Assembly (NCBI GenBank): GCA_038087875.1
Contig: JAXLNO010000346.1
Coordinates: 124,001-183,593, forward strand
Reading direction: 5' to 3'
Length of the DNA: 59,593 nt
Source: Malacoraja senta
Taxonomy: Eukaryota
The position numbers and the translations under genes are program-made. The notes under the pieces were generated by a model, which ran no database searches, was not told where the DNA came from, and saw nothing but the letters and a program-made list of their open reading frames with translations. Shown one piece after another: positions 37,741-49,000 of this stretch; the stretch's first letter is position 1; each line of letters begins with the position of its first letter.

Positions 37741-38053
37741 AAAGGGCCTGTCCCACCAGCATGCGACTCCATGCGGCAAGCGCGACCTAACGTGGTCGCT
37801 TGAGCCGTATGGCCTCGCGGGGCCGGTCCCACTTGGATCGCCGGAGCCGTATGGAGTTGTGCGGAGCTGGGCTCCGAAAAACTGACCGTGTTCAAAAATT
37901 CCGCGCGGCAACGGCCTTCCGTCCCGCAGCTGCCTCGATGCCGTGAGCACCGCCTCGACGCCGTGCGCACTGCCTCGATGGGCTTGCGCACTGCCTCGAT
38001 GGGCTTGCGCAGTGTCTTGACGCCGTACGTCATGCTCGTGGGACAGGCCCTTT
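37741..38053. mobile_element. MITE / non-autonomous DNA transposon, PIF-Harbinger-like termini
   Basis: 23-bp TIR aaagggcctgtcccac(c/g)agcatg with one mismatch; internal 21-bp tandem cgcactgcctcgatgggcttg; absent from the paralogous site 9325. The TSD is not clean. Confidence 0.85.
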
Positions 38054-38494
38054 TACTGAACAAAACTGAAGAAGGGTCTCGATCCGAAGCGTCACCTATT
38101 CCTTTTCTCGAGATGATGCCGGACCCGCTGAGTTACTTCAGCATTTTGTGTCTATCTACTGCTGGTCTTCACCCAGTTGGCTTACACACTACCTCCCACT
38201 GTCTTTTTCAGAACCAACAAGATGAAGTGTCCGTGTGTCATTAAAGTCCGTCTTTCTGCAGATGGAGACAAGTTTGTGGTGAAAGAGATGAATGAATCGC
38301 ATAACCACACAGTGCCGCAGGTAAAAGCAGAACACACACACCAGCCAGGTGGAGCACACCAGCCAGGTGGAGTTTTTGTATCTGCCGCTGCTTCAGATTG
38401 TCGTGTGTGTGTGTGTGTGTGTGGTCCCACCTCTACACATTTTCAGAGAACATTATAGTACTTCTGTAGACGCTGGGCTATTGAATATTTTACT

Positions 38495-38794
38495 TCAGAG
38501 ATACAGTGCAGAAACAGGCCCTTTGGCCCACCGAGTCCACACCGACCAGCGATCCCCACACGTTAACACTATCCTACACATACTAGGGACAATTCACACA
38601 TACACTAACCCAATTATCCTACATATCTGTACATCTTTAGAGTGTGAGGAAACCTAAGATCTCGGAGAAAACCCATGCAGGTCATGGGGAGAACGTAAAA
38701 ACTCCGTACAGACAGCACTTGTAGTCAGAATCAAAGCCGGGTCTCCGGCGCTGCAAGCTGTAAGGCAGCAATTCTACCGCTGCTCCACCGTGCC
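38495..38794 (-). mobile_element. tRNA-derived SINE (HE1-like)
   Basis: Minus strand ggcacggtggagcagcggtaga...gagttttacgttctccc...ggcctgtttctgcactgtatctct. Confidence 0.75.
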
Positions 38795-40510
38795 AAGCTT
38801 ATAAGAACTCCGTCTCTTTGACTGTGAGAGAATGTTACCTGAGGCACCAACGCATATCGGTGGGACTTAAAGCTGTAGGCTGCAATGAAATGGGATTTGT
38901 GCAGAATTGGTTCAAGATAACATAATACATAGCAACAAAGATAGACACAGCAAGCTGGAGTAACTCAGTGGGTCAAGCATCATATCTGCAGAAAAGGAAT
39001 AGGTGACGTTTTGGTTCCTTCCCGGCTGGTCTGAAGAAAGGTCTCGACCAGAAAAGTCTCCAGAGATGTTGTCTGACCCGCTGAGTTACTACAGTTTTTT
39101 GTGATTATGTTTGGTACAAACTAGAATCTGCAGTTTAGTTTGGACATACAGCATGGAAACAGGCCCTTCGGCCCACCGAGTCCAGGCCGACCAGCAATCC
39201 CTGCACATCAACGCTAATCTACTCTACACACATTAGGGACAACTTTCAATTCTACCAAGCCCATTATCCTATAATCCTGCACATCTTTAGAGTGTGGGAG
39301 GAAACCGCAGCTCTCAAAGAAAACCCACGGGGAGAACGTACAAACTCCGTACAGACAGCGCCCGTAGTCAGGATGAAACCCGGTCTCTGCCGCTGTAACG
39401 CAGCAACTCTACCGCTGCACCACCGTGCTGCCCCTACACATAGAACATAACAAGATGGGTGCTTGACGGTCATTGACGACAATGTAGGTGGAAGAGCCGG
39501 TGTGATTCTATGGGATAATATCACACTCCCCCACTGAGATATCAATCCAGCCTCTGAACTCTGACAACCTGGTCAACAGGAGATGCCAATTGTCACATCC
39601 AAACACCCTTTCGTTACCTTGTTCAATTCCAATCAAAATTAAGTAAGAAAGGATATTAATGTTTTCTTCCACAATATCACTAGTCATTTACCTAACAGTA
39701 ACAAGTTATATTTACGTAGTTCTTCTAACGCACTAAAAATATCTCCAGCATTCAGGGACATTATCAAAGTAATTGATGTGAACTGCCTTAGCAGGGATTC
39801 TGGAGATGACCTATAACTTGGGTAGAGATGGTGGGTTTCAAGGGATGTCTTATAATGGGGTTTAAGGAGGCAAGAGTGTCTGAGGGTGATCTGAAAGAAG
39901 TATATCTGTTCATGAGAGGCATAGAATGGAAACCCTCGCACTATCTTTAATTGAACTTTACTGGACTTTATCTGACGCTAAACATTATTCCCTTTATCCT
40001 GTATCTGTACACTGTGTATGGCTTTGACACAGAAATCCGGAGGAACTCAGCAGGTTAGACAACATCCATCTTCGGTTTAAACCAGCCTCTGCAGTTCCTC
40101 TGTGGACGGCTTGATTGTAATCATGGATAGCACGCAACAAAAAAGCTTTTTGGTACACGTGACAAGAAACTAGACTAAACTAGATGGGGAAGATGTTCCG
40201 AATGTTTTTCCCCATTGTAGTTGTGGAGGAGGAGAGACACATAGATGGAGAAAGTTCCAAGTAGCTGCTAAAGGCATTGTCAATTGCACAGGGATTAAAA
40301 TTCAGGAATGGGCTAGGGCCAGTTGGAGAGATTTTGTATTATATATATATGACCTGGACGTAAATGTAGAAGGGTTGGTGTGTAAGTTTGCGAGTGACAC
40401 CAAAATTAGGAGTTAGATACATAGATACATAGAAAATAGGTGCAGGAGTAGGCCATTCGGCCCTTCGAGCCTGCACCGCCATTCAATATGATCATGGCTG
40501 ATCATCCAAC

Positions 40511-43438
40511 TCAGTATCCCGTACCTGCCTTCTCTCCATACCCCCTGATCCCCTTAGCCACAAGGGCCACATCTAACTCCCTCTTAAATATAGCCAATGA
40601 ACTGGCCTCAACTACCCTCTGTGGCAGAGAGTTCCAGAGATTCACCACTCTCTGTGTGAAAAAGCTTTTCCTCATCTCGGTCTTAAAGGATTTCCCCCTT
40701 ATCCTTAAGCTGAGACCCCTTGTCCTGGACTTCCCCAACATCGGGAACAATCTTCCTGCATCTAGCCTGTCCAACCCCATAAGAATTTTGTACGTTTCTA
40801 TAAGATCCCCTCTCAATCTCCTAAATTCTAGCGAGTATAAGCCAAGTCTATCCAGTCTTTCTTCATATGAAAGTCCTGACATCCCAGGAATCAGTCTGGT
40901 GAACCTTCTCTGCACTCCCTCTATGGCTATAATGTCGTTCCTCAGATTTGGAGACCAAAACTGTACGCAATACTCCAGGTGTGGTCTCACCAAGACCCTG
41001 TACAACTGCAGTAGAACCTCCCTGCTCCTATACTCAAATCCTTTTGCTATGAAAGCTAACATACCATTCGCTTTCTTCACTGCCTGCTGCACCTGCATGC
41101 CTACTTTCAATGACTGGTGTACCATGACACCCAGGTCTCGCTGCATCTCCCCATTTCCTAATCGGCCACCATTTAGATAATAGTCTGCTTTCCTGTTTTT
41201 GCCACCAAAGTGGATAACCTCACATTTATCCACATTATACTGCATCTGCCAAACATTTGCCCACTCACCCAGCCTATCCAAGTCACCTTGCAGTCTCCTA
41301 GCATCCTCCTCACAGCTAACACTGCCCCCCAGCTTAGTGTCATCCCCAAACTTGGAGATGTTGCCTTCAATTCCCTCATCCAGTTCATTAATATAAATTG
41401 TAAATAGCTGGGGTCCCAGCACTGAGCCTTGCGGTACCCCACTAGTCACTGCCTGCCATTGTGAAAAGGACCCGTTTACTCCTACTCTTTGCTTCCTGTT
41501 TGCCAGCCAGTTCTCTATCCACATCAATACTGAACCCCCAATACCGTGTGCTTTAAGTTTGTATACTAATCTCTTATGTGGTACCTTGTCGAAAGCCTTC
41601 TGAAAGTCCAGATACAACACATCCACTGGTTCTCCCCTATCCACTCTACTAGTTACATCCTCGAAAAATTCTATAAGATTCGTCAGACACGATTTACCTT
41701 TCGTAAATCCATGCTGACTTTGTCCAATGATTTCACCACTTTCCAAATGTGCTGCTATCCCATCTTTAATAACTGACTCTAGCAGTTTCCCCACTACCGA
41801 TGTTAGACTAACTGGTCTGTAATTCCCCGTTTTCTCTCTCCCTCCCTTCTTAAAAAGTGGGGTTACGTTTGCTACCCTCCAATTCTCAGGAACTACTCCA
41901 GAATCTAAAGAGTTTTGAAAAATTATCACTAATGCATCCACTATTTCTGGAGCTACTTCCTTAAGTACTCTGGGATGCAGCCCTGGTGATTTATCGGCCT
42001 TTAATCCATTCAATTTACCCAACACCACTTCCCGACTAACCTGGATTTCACTCAGTTCCTCCATCTCCTTTGACCCGCGGCCCCCTGCTATTTCCGGCAG
42101 ATTATTTATGTCTTCCTTAGTGAAGACGGAACCAAAGTAGTTATTCAATTGGTCCGCCATATCCTTGTTCCCCATGATCAATTCACCTGTTTCTGACTGC
42201 AAGGGACCTACATATGTTTTAACTAATCTCTTTCTCTTCACATATCTATAAAAACTTTTGCAGTCAGTTTTTATGTTCCCTGCCAGTTTTCTTTCATAAT
42301 CTATTTTCCCTTTCCTAATTAAGCCCTTTGTCCTCCTCTGCTGGTCTCTGAATTTCTCCCAGTCCTCTGGTATGCTGCTTTTTCTCGCTAATTTGTACGC
42401 ATCATCTTTTGCTTTGATACTATCCCTGATTTCCCTTGTGATCCACGGATGCACTACCTTCCCTGATTTATTCTTTTGCCAAACTGGGATGAACAATTTT
42501 TGTAGTTCATCCATGCAGTCTTTAAATGCCTTCCATTGCATATCCACCGTCAACCCTTTTAGAACTAATTGGCAGTCAATCTTGGCCAATTCACGTCTCA
42601 TACCCTCAAAGTTACCTTTCTTTAAGTTCAGAACCGTTGTTTCTGAATTAACAATGTCACTCTCCATCCTAATGAAGAACTCAACCATATTATGGTCACT
42701 CTTGCCCAAGGGGGCACGCACAACAAGACTGCTAACTAACCCTTCCTCATTACTCAATACCCAGTCTAGAATAGCCTGCTCTCTCGTTGGTTCCTCTACA
42801 TGTTGGTTTAGATAACTATCCCGCATACATTCCAAGAAATCCTCTTCCTCAGCACCCCTGCCAATTTGATTCACCCAATCTATATGTAGATTGAAGTCAC
42901 CCATTATAACTGTTTTGCCTTTGTTGCACGCATTTCTAATTTCCTGTTTGATGCCATCCCCAACTTCACTACTACTGCTAGGTGGCCTGTACACGAAACC
43001 CACCAGCGTTTTCTGCCCCTTAGTGTTTCGCAGCTCTACCCATACTGATTCCACATCCTCCAAGCTAATGTCCTTCCTTTCCACTGCGTTAATCTCCTCT
43101 CTAACCAGCAACGCTATCCCACCTCCTTTTACTTTATCTCTATCCCTCCTGAATATTGAATATCCCTGGATGTTCAGCTCCCAGCCTTGGTCACCCTGGA
43201 GCCATGTCTCCGTGATCCCAACTATATCATAATCATTAATAGCTATCTGCACGTTCAACTCATCCACCTTATTACGAATGCTCCTTGCATTGAGACACAA
43301 AGCCTTCAGGCTTGTTTTTACAACGCTCTTACCCCTTATACAATTATGTTGAAAAGTGGCCCTTTTTGATTTTTGCCCTGGATTTGTCTGCCTGCCACTT
43401 TTACTTTTCACCTTGCTACCTATTGCTTCCGCCCGCAT
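40511..43438 (-). CDS. CR1 ORF2: apurinic endonuclease + reverse transcriptase, uninterrupted (from the first ATG; the frame is open to at least 43801)
   Basis: APE motifs NARS, ETW, YRPP, GDFN, SDH; RT motifs NYRPVSL, DFQKAFD, GVPQGSVLGP, FGDD. It has a 3-aa deletion (SPG-LHPR) relative to the sister copy. Confidence 0.93.
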   Translation of the reverse strand: MRAEAIGSKVKSKSGRQTNPGQKSKRATFQHNCIRGKSVVKTSLKALCLNARSIRNKVDELNVQIAINDYDIVGITETWLQGDQGWELNIQGYSIFRRDRDKVKGGGIALLVREEINAVERKDISLEDVESVWVELRNTKGQKTLVGFVYRPPSSSSEVGDGIKQEIRNACNKGKTVIMGDFNLHIDWVNQIGRGAEEEDFLECMRDSYLNQHVEEPTREQAILDWVLSNEEGLVSSLVVRAPLGKSDHNMVEFFIRMESDIVNSETTVLNLKKGNFEGMRRELAKIDCQLVLKGLTVDMQWKAFKDCMDELQKLFIPVWQKNKSGKVVHPWITREIRDSIKAKDDAYKLARKSSIPEDWEKFRDQQRRTKGLIRKGKIDYERKLAGNIKTDCKSFYRYVKRKRLVKTYVGPLQSETGELIMGNKDMADQLNNYFGSVFTKEDINNLPEIAGGRGSKEMEELSEIQVSREVVLGKLNGLKADKSPGLHPRVLKEVAPEIVDALVIIFQNSLDSGVVPENWRVANVTPLFKKGGREKTGNYRPVSLTSVVGKLLESVIKDGIAAHLESGEIIGQSQHGFTKGKSCLTNLIEFFEDVTSRVDRGEPVDVLYLDFQKAFDKVPHKRLVYKLKAHGIGGSVLMWIENWLANRKQRVGVNGSFSQWQAVTSGVPQGSVLGPQLFTIYINELDEGIEGNISKFGDDTKLGGSVSCEEDARRLQGDLDRLGEWANVWQMQYNVDKCEVIHFGGKNRKADYYLNGGRLGNGEMQRDLGVMVHQSLKVGMQVQQAVKKANGMLAFIAKGFEYRSREVLLQLYRVLVRPHLEYCVQFWSPNLRNDIIAIEGVQRRFTRLIPGMSGLSYEERLDRLGLYSLEFRRLRGDLIETYKILMGLDRLDAGRLFPMLGKSRTRGLSLRIRGKSFKTEMRKSFFTQRVVNLWNSLPQRVVEASSLAIFKRELDVALVAKGIRGYGEKAGTGY

Positions 43439-43617
43439 TTTACACCCCTCTGTTTCTCTGGTCACCCATTTAAGAACCCCACCACCTCTTATTCTCTGTT
43501 TATTATTGTTTTCTTCTTTCCCCCCTACATGTTGGGTCTGAGTGCTTTCCTTCTCTGCCTCCTGCCTCACACACTGTCTAATAGCTTTCTCTATTTGAGT
43601 CCCTCCCCCCAACCATT

Positions 43618-44551
43618 CTAGTTTAAAGTCTCCCCAGTAGCCTTTGCAGATCTCCCCGCCATGATATCGGTCCCCCTCAGGTTCAAGTGCAACCCATCCT
43701 TTTTGTACAGGTCGCACCTTCCACAAAAGAGGTCCCAATGATCCAGAAATATGAATCCCTGCCTTCTGCACCAGTCCTTCAGCCACGCATTTATCCTCCA
43801 CCTCGCTCCATTCCTACTCTCACTGTCGCGTGGCACAGGCAGTAATCCCGAGATTGTTACCTTTGCTGTCCTTCTCTTTAACTCCCCTCCTAACTCCCTA
43901 AATTCTCCTTTCAGGACCTCTTCTCTTTTTTTACCTATGTCATTGGTACCTATATGTACCACGACCTCGGGCTCCTCTCCCTGCCCTTTCAGGATATCTT
44001 GGACACGTTGGGACACATCACAGACCCTGGCACCAGGGAGGCAAACTACCATCCGGGTCTCCCGACTGCGTCCACAGAATCGCCTGTCTGACCCCCTAAC
44101 TATAGTCCCCTATTAGTATTGCCCTCCTCTTCTTTTCCTTACCCTTCTGAGCAACAGGGCCGGTCTCTATACCGGAGGCCCGGCCGCTGTCGCAACCCCC
44201 AGGTAGGCTGTCCCCCCCAACAGTGCTCAAACAGGAGTACTTATTGTCAAGGTGTACAGCCACCGGGGTACTCTCTAGTCCCTGCCTGTGCCCCTTGCCT
44301 CTCCCAACCGTGATCCACTTGCCTGCCTCCTGTGGTCTTGGAGTGACCACCTCCCTGTAACTCCTCTCAATAACTTCCTCGCTCTCCCTGACCAGACGAA
44401 GGTCATCGAGCTGCTGCTCCAGGTTCCTAATATGGTCCATTAGGAGCCCCATCTCGATACACCTGGCGCAGATGTGAACGTCTGGAGGGCTATCAGACTC
44501 CATGACTTCCCACATCTGACATCCAGAACAGTAAACTGCCCTGGCCCTCAT
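43618..44551 (-). pseudogene. CR1 ORF1 (Cys-rich finger + coiled coil + SGNH esterase), frameshifted
   Basis: CSGC..CARC, LEQQLDDLRL, then GD(S) broken near 44105 (ggggactatagttagg, apparent 2-nt loss), then CLPGA, HIGTND, DGLHL. Confidence 0.87.
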
Positions 44552-45945
44552 ACTCCCCCCTTACCTAGGATACAATACAAAACAAACTGCTACAATACAG
44601 TACAATCAGCAGGGATCTGACACCCAATCAGCTGGGATCTGACTCCCAATCAGCTGCTCCCTCTTGTCTGCTTCCACCAATCAGCGGCTTCCTTAAGCCC
44701 CATTTGTTTTTGAAGTGCGAGTGGAACTTGGAACGTTACAGATTTTGGCTCCTCCTCGGCTCTCGGACCTCTGTAAGAAGCAAGCCCCGCGCTCCACTTT
44801 AACTCCTACCGCTCGGGTGTAGCTCCTCCCTCTGCGACCTTCCAACGGCTCTCGGGCCTCTGACAGACAGACAGCAAGAAAGCAGAAATTAGACCAACTG
44901 CAGAAAGGGGCAGAGAAATGGCAGATGGAGTTTAACCAGAACAAGTGTGAGATGATGCACTTTGAGAGGTTTAATGTAAGGGGAGAGTATACAGTTAATG
45001 GCATGACCCTCCTAACCCCATTCTCCAGTCTTCTCCCAATAACCCGACACCTCTACCAATGCACAATCCATCTATCTCTGCCATAACAATATCCATTGAC
45101 TTGGCCTCCACAGCCTTCTGTGGCAAAGCATTCCACCGATTCACCACCCTCTCATTAAATAAATTCCTCCTCCTATCCTTCCTAAAGGAATGTCCTTTAA
45201 TTCTGAGGCGATGGCCTTTAGTCCAACACTAGTCGAAACATCCTCTCCACATCCACTCCATCCAAGCCTTTCACTACTCGGTACGTTTCAATGAGGTCCC
45301 CCCTGATTCTTCTAAACTCTAGAGAGTACAGGCCTGGTGCCGTCAAACGCGCATCATATGTTAACCAGTATGGGTTAAGCGTATGGTATGCTTGTCTACT
45401 GTGCCATGGGGTATTGACTATGAGTCAGCAAGTCATGATGCAGCTCTATTGGGCTTTAGTTGTACTGCATTGAAGTATTACGTGTAGTTCTTGTCGCCCC
45501 ATTACAGGAAAGATGTGGAGGCTTTGGAGAGGGAGCAGAGGAGGTTTAACCAGAATGCTCCCTGGATAAGAATGTTCTCAGCTACAGGGGAGGTTGGATA
45601 AACTTGGGTTATTTTCTCTGGAACGTTAGAGGTTGAGGGAAGACTGGATAGAAGTATATAAAGTTATGTGAGGCATACATAAGGTAATCAGAGGCTTTTC
45701 CCCAGGGTGGAAATGTCCAACACTAGAGGGCGTAGCTATATGGTGAGAAGGGGAAAGTTTAATGTGCGAGGCAAGATTTTTACACAGAGAGGGGTGGGGG
45801 TGGGGAATGCACTGCCAGAGATGGTGGTGGGATGCAGATCCCATAGTGGTGTTATAGAGGCTTTGGGATAGGCACATGGAAGTTCAGGGACTAGAGCGAT
45901 ATGGATCATGTACAGGAGATGAGATCAGTTTTAACTTGGAATCAT

Positions 45946-46089
45946 AGGTACACAAAAATGCTGGAGAAACTCAGCGGGTGCAGCAGCATCTATGGAGCTC
46001 CATAGATGCTGCTGCACCCGCTGAGTTTCTCCAGCATTTTTGTGTACCTTCGATTTTCCAGCATCTGCAGTTCCTTCTTTAACACTTTA
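45946..46089. mobile_element. Short Penelope-type insertion with a perfect 104-bp palindrome and 14-bp TSD
   Basis: 45946-45997 is the exact reverse complement of 45998-46049; TSD taacttggaatcat at 45932-45945 and 46090-46103; the empty site is at 13168. Confidence 0.9.
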
Positions 46090-49000
46090 TAACTTGGAAT
46101 CATGTTTGGCACAGATAATGTGGGCTGGAGGGCCCATTCCTGTGCTGTACTGTTCTGTGTTCTAATACGTGATCTTAGCTAGTTTACTGATGGAAACAGG
46201 CCTACCTAGTCCACGCTGATCATCGACCACATGTTAGCACTAGTTCTATGTTATCCTACTTTCTCATCCACTCCTGACCGCTTGGGGCAATTTACAGAAG
46301 ACAATTGACCTCCAAACCGGTTGTTGTGTTTGGGACGTGGGAAGAAACGGAGCACCCAGAGGAAACCCACGCAATCACAGGGAGAAGGTGCAAACGCCAC
46401 GTGGGTGGCACCCAGGGTCAGGATCAAACCCGGATCTGTGCCAATGTGAGGTCGCAGCTCTACCAGTTGTGCCACCGTGCTGCCCGCCCCGACATATCTG
46501 GTGCACAATCCTCATCCCATTCCTGACCTCCTATAGAATGAGAAATGAATGAGTTACTGCAACATGGAGGAACAGCACCTGTATTCCTTTTGGGTTGCTT
46601 ACAACCCAACAGTATGAACATTGAATTCACCAATTTTAGGCAATAAATCTACAATCAACCCTCCTTTTTTCCTTTCCTCCCCCCCCCCCTCTTCCACCTA
46701 TATCCTTTGTCCTCTGACTGGTTTGCTCGCATCAAAAGCTTTTCACTCTACCTTGGTACAGATGACATTAAACTAAACTGAACTGACCCTACGACCTTGC
46801 TTATACCCCACAGGAAGAGGAGAGGCTCCAGCACCAAAGGCTCTGTGTTAAAGCACTGCACGTGGACCCCACTTCCATCGTCTCGCTGCGGAGTAATGGA
46901 GCGGGTGTCAAGGTGCAGCTGGGGGAGGTTGCCGGCAAGGCGCTCGCTGACGAGGATGCCCATAGCCCCGTACGCAAGGAGAAATGTGGCGAGTTCAAGG
47001 TCAACAAAACCGACTTGGAGAAGATGGTGCCCACACTGGCGGCCGTCAAGGGTAAGGTCATAAGGAATAGTAGAATTAGGCCATTCGGGCCCATCAAGTC
47101 TACTCGCCATTCAATCATGGCTGATCTATGTATCTCTCCTAACCCCATTCTCCTGCCTTCTCCCCATAACCTCTGACACCCGTACTAATGATGAATCAAG
47201 GCAGGTGAAGGTCTCCTCGCTTGTCCCAGGGCTAACGGGCTGCTCCAGGTTTGCACCACTCCCTCTCTTGTCCTGGGGTTTCCTGCATCCTTCCTTCATT
47301 CCGGAATAATGCAGATCACCCCTTTATTGGGTTAACCTATGATGAGCGTTTGATGCTATGGGCCTGTACTCGCTGGAGTTTAGAAGGATGAGGGGGATCT
47401 CATTGACACTTACTGCATAGTAAAAAGTCCTGGATGAAGTGGCTGTGGCGAGGATGTTTCCACTAGTGGGAGAGTCATGACCAGAGGGCGCAGACTCAGA
47501 ATAAAAGGTGCTAGATCGCTCCCGTTCTCTGCCCTAGAATAGTCAATGACTTTTAGACTTTAGAGATACAGTGCGGAAATTGGCCGTTTGGCCCACCGAG
47601 TTGGTGCCGACCAACGATGATCCTGTACGTTACCTTACACACACAAGGGACAATTATTTATTACAACTTACTGAAACCAAGTAAGCTACAATCCTGCAAG
47701 TCTTTGAGTGTCCCCAATGTTTTCTCATTGGATCGCTCTTGGATCGTGCACGCTCTCTTTAGATGATTCTTCTCTCCTGTAACCCCCACCCATCCCACCC
47801 AGGCTGCATCTGCAGTTCCTTCCTCCACCTGTCACTTGCTAGGCTTTGTCCTGCCCCCACCTCTCTTCCTTCACCACTCTTGTCCTGCCCCACCACAACC
47901 TGCCACAATTAGTTTGAAGAAGGTCCCGACCTGAAAGATCACATATCCAGGTTTTCCAGACATGTGTAGGAAGGAACTGCAGATGCTGGTTTACACCAGA
48001 GATACACAAAATGCTGCAGTAACTCAGTGGGTCAGGCAGCATCTCTGGAGAAAAAGAATAGGTGATGTTTCAGGTCAAGACCCTTCCCCAGACAGAGAGT
48101 CAGGGGAGGGAAACTCCAGAAATACTGCCCTGACCTGCTAAGTTACTCTCGCACTTTGTCTTTTGTCAGGAACCAGCATCATCAGATCCTTGTTTCTCCA
48201 GAGTTTGATAGAGCTGCATCTTGACTATCTGACTCTTGTACTCAGTGACCGATCGATGAAGGCAAACGTACCTCACCATTGTCACTGTGTGTTACCAGTG
48301 CTTTGTTCAGAATCAATTTCACAATCACACACAATTTATCGGCCAAGTATGTACACACACAAGGAATTTGACGGTGCTTTGCTCGCACATGGTAAAAACA
48401 CGAGACAACAGACAATCAAAAAAACATTATAATTAAACAATGTAAAAATATAGTGCAAGAGTAAAAAGGGGCAGCTTTGCTATATATTGCACATGTTAAT
48501 ATCTAAAGTGCACTTGGAGAGTTCATAAGTGTTTGGCTTACAGACCAGAATGTAGTGGTGTAGAGCGGCTGTTAAGTAGAGCTACCGCTCGTGGGAAGAA
48601 GCAGTTTTTGTGTCTGGATGTGCCCAGAGGGGAGAACTTCATGAAAGAGTGAGTTATAGGTCTTAGGGCTGATGGAATCAAGGGATATGGGGAGAAATCC
48701 AGAACAGGGTACTGATTCTGGATGATCAGCCATGATCATATTGAATGGCGTTGCTGGCTCGAAGGGCCGAATGGCCTACTCCACCTATTTTCTATGTTTC
48801 TACTTCAAAGAGTTTGTGGCCAGGGTGAGAGTGGGTCAGACCCTTCTTCTGACTCTTGTCTGCGTTTGCTTGCAGACGGCACGGTGGTGAACAAGGCCAA
48901 CGTGTTGCAGGCCATCTACTACCAGGACGGCCGCATGAAGCAGACCTTCGAGAGGTTCCCCGAGGTGCTGCTGGTGGGCGCCACCTACAGCTGGACGGGC

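Larger units (their letters stand above)
40415..44866 (-). mobile_element. Near full-length young CR1-clade (HER1-like) LINE in intron 2 of copy 2
   Basis: 5'UTR, ORF1, ORF2 and (ctatgtat)n tail. The empty site ggagttgcagacagc is at 11925. Confidence 0.96.

Noticed and set aside
40488..41407. Plus-strand ORFs opposite CR1 ORF2 (also 15901-16820)
   Set aside because: Antisense shadows of the LINE coding sequence.
44950..48200. Many 1-bp indels of copy 2 relative to copy 1
   Set aside because: They could be long-read consensus errors, so they were not interpreted. The same caveat applies to the 49060 frameshift.
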